64,000 bases of DNA from Octopus vulgaris. Its lineage: Eukaryota. The stretch lies in assembly GCA_951406725.2 (NCBI GenBank), contig OX597822.1, positions 38,874,001 through 38,938,000 on the forward strand, in the 5' to 3' direction. The translations under genes and the position numbers were made by a program. The notes beneath the pieces are model-generated. The model ran no database searches, was not told where the DNA came from, and saw nothing but the letters and a program-made list of their open reading frames with translations. Below are positions 63,656 through 64,000 of the stretch, piece by piece; the stretch's first letter is position 1, and the number at the start of each line of letters is the position of its first letter.

Positions 63656-63780
63656 ACTGAATAGCTAAATCTTTCATGACATAAAGGGATGTATACCTCA
63701 CATGGAATAAATACACAGGCTATTTTTGTTCAATGCACCAATAAATTCATAATTCCTTAATTATATATACATTATATATA

Positions 63781-64000
63781 GGCGCAGGAGTGGCTGTGTG
63801 GTAAGTAGCTTGCTAACCAACCACATGGTTCCGGGTTCAGTCCCACTACGTGGCATCTTGGGCAAGTGTCTTCTGCTATAGCCCCGGGCCGACCAATGCC
63901 TTGTGAGTGGATTTGGTAGACGGAAACTGATAGAAGCCTGTCGTATATATGTATATATATATATATGTATGTGTGTGTGTTTGTGTGTCTGTGTTTGTCC
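63781..64000 (+). mobile_element. SINE family A, runs off the window
   Basis: GGCGCAGGAGTGGCTGTGTGGTAAG...GGTTCAGTCCC...CTTGGGCAAGTGTCTT. Confidence 0.9.

Overview
Eukaryotic, AT-rich, repeat-dense non-coding DNA. The SINE/LINE families and microsatellite load suggest an octopus or other coleoid cephalopod intron or intergenic region (inference, no database search). I found no host protein-coding exon I can support, and nearly all ORFs in the track are microsatellite or SINE read-throughs. Real coding sequence is transposon-derived: a young 5'-truncated RTE-clade LINE with an uninterrupted ~600-aa RT and an embedded PHD-like finger (minus, 37398-39209), two shorter copies of it, a young R4/Dong LINE 3' end inserted in (TAA)n, and decayed RTE-BovB-like, R4 and CR1/L2-like fragments. 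There are dozens of tRNA-derived SINEs of at least four families, hAT-like, TTAA-type and foldback-like MITEs, and Helitron/Helentron-type elements. The most interesting signals are a type I hammerhead-ribozyme-like fold (60863-60936) with weaker Penelope-type hammerhead relics elsewhere, a decayed elongator tRNA-Met(CAT) with an apparent canonical-position intron (63568-63655), a LINE-SINE pair with a covarying 3' stem-loop, and a divergent SINE array in (AAT)n/(ATT)n invaded by Dong. I see no evidence of a new multi-gene system. Coordinates of decayed elements are approximate.
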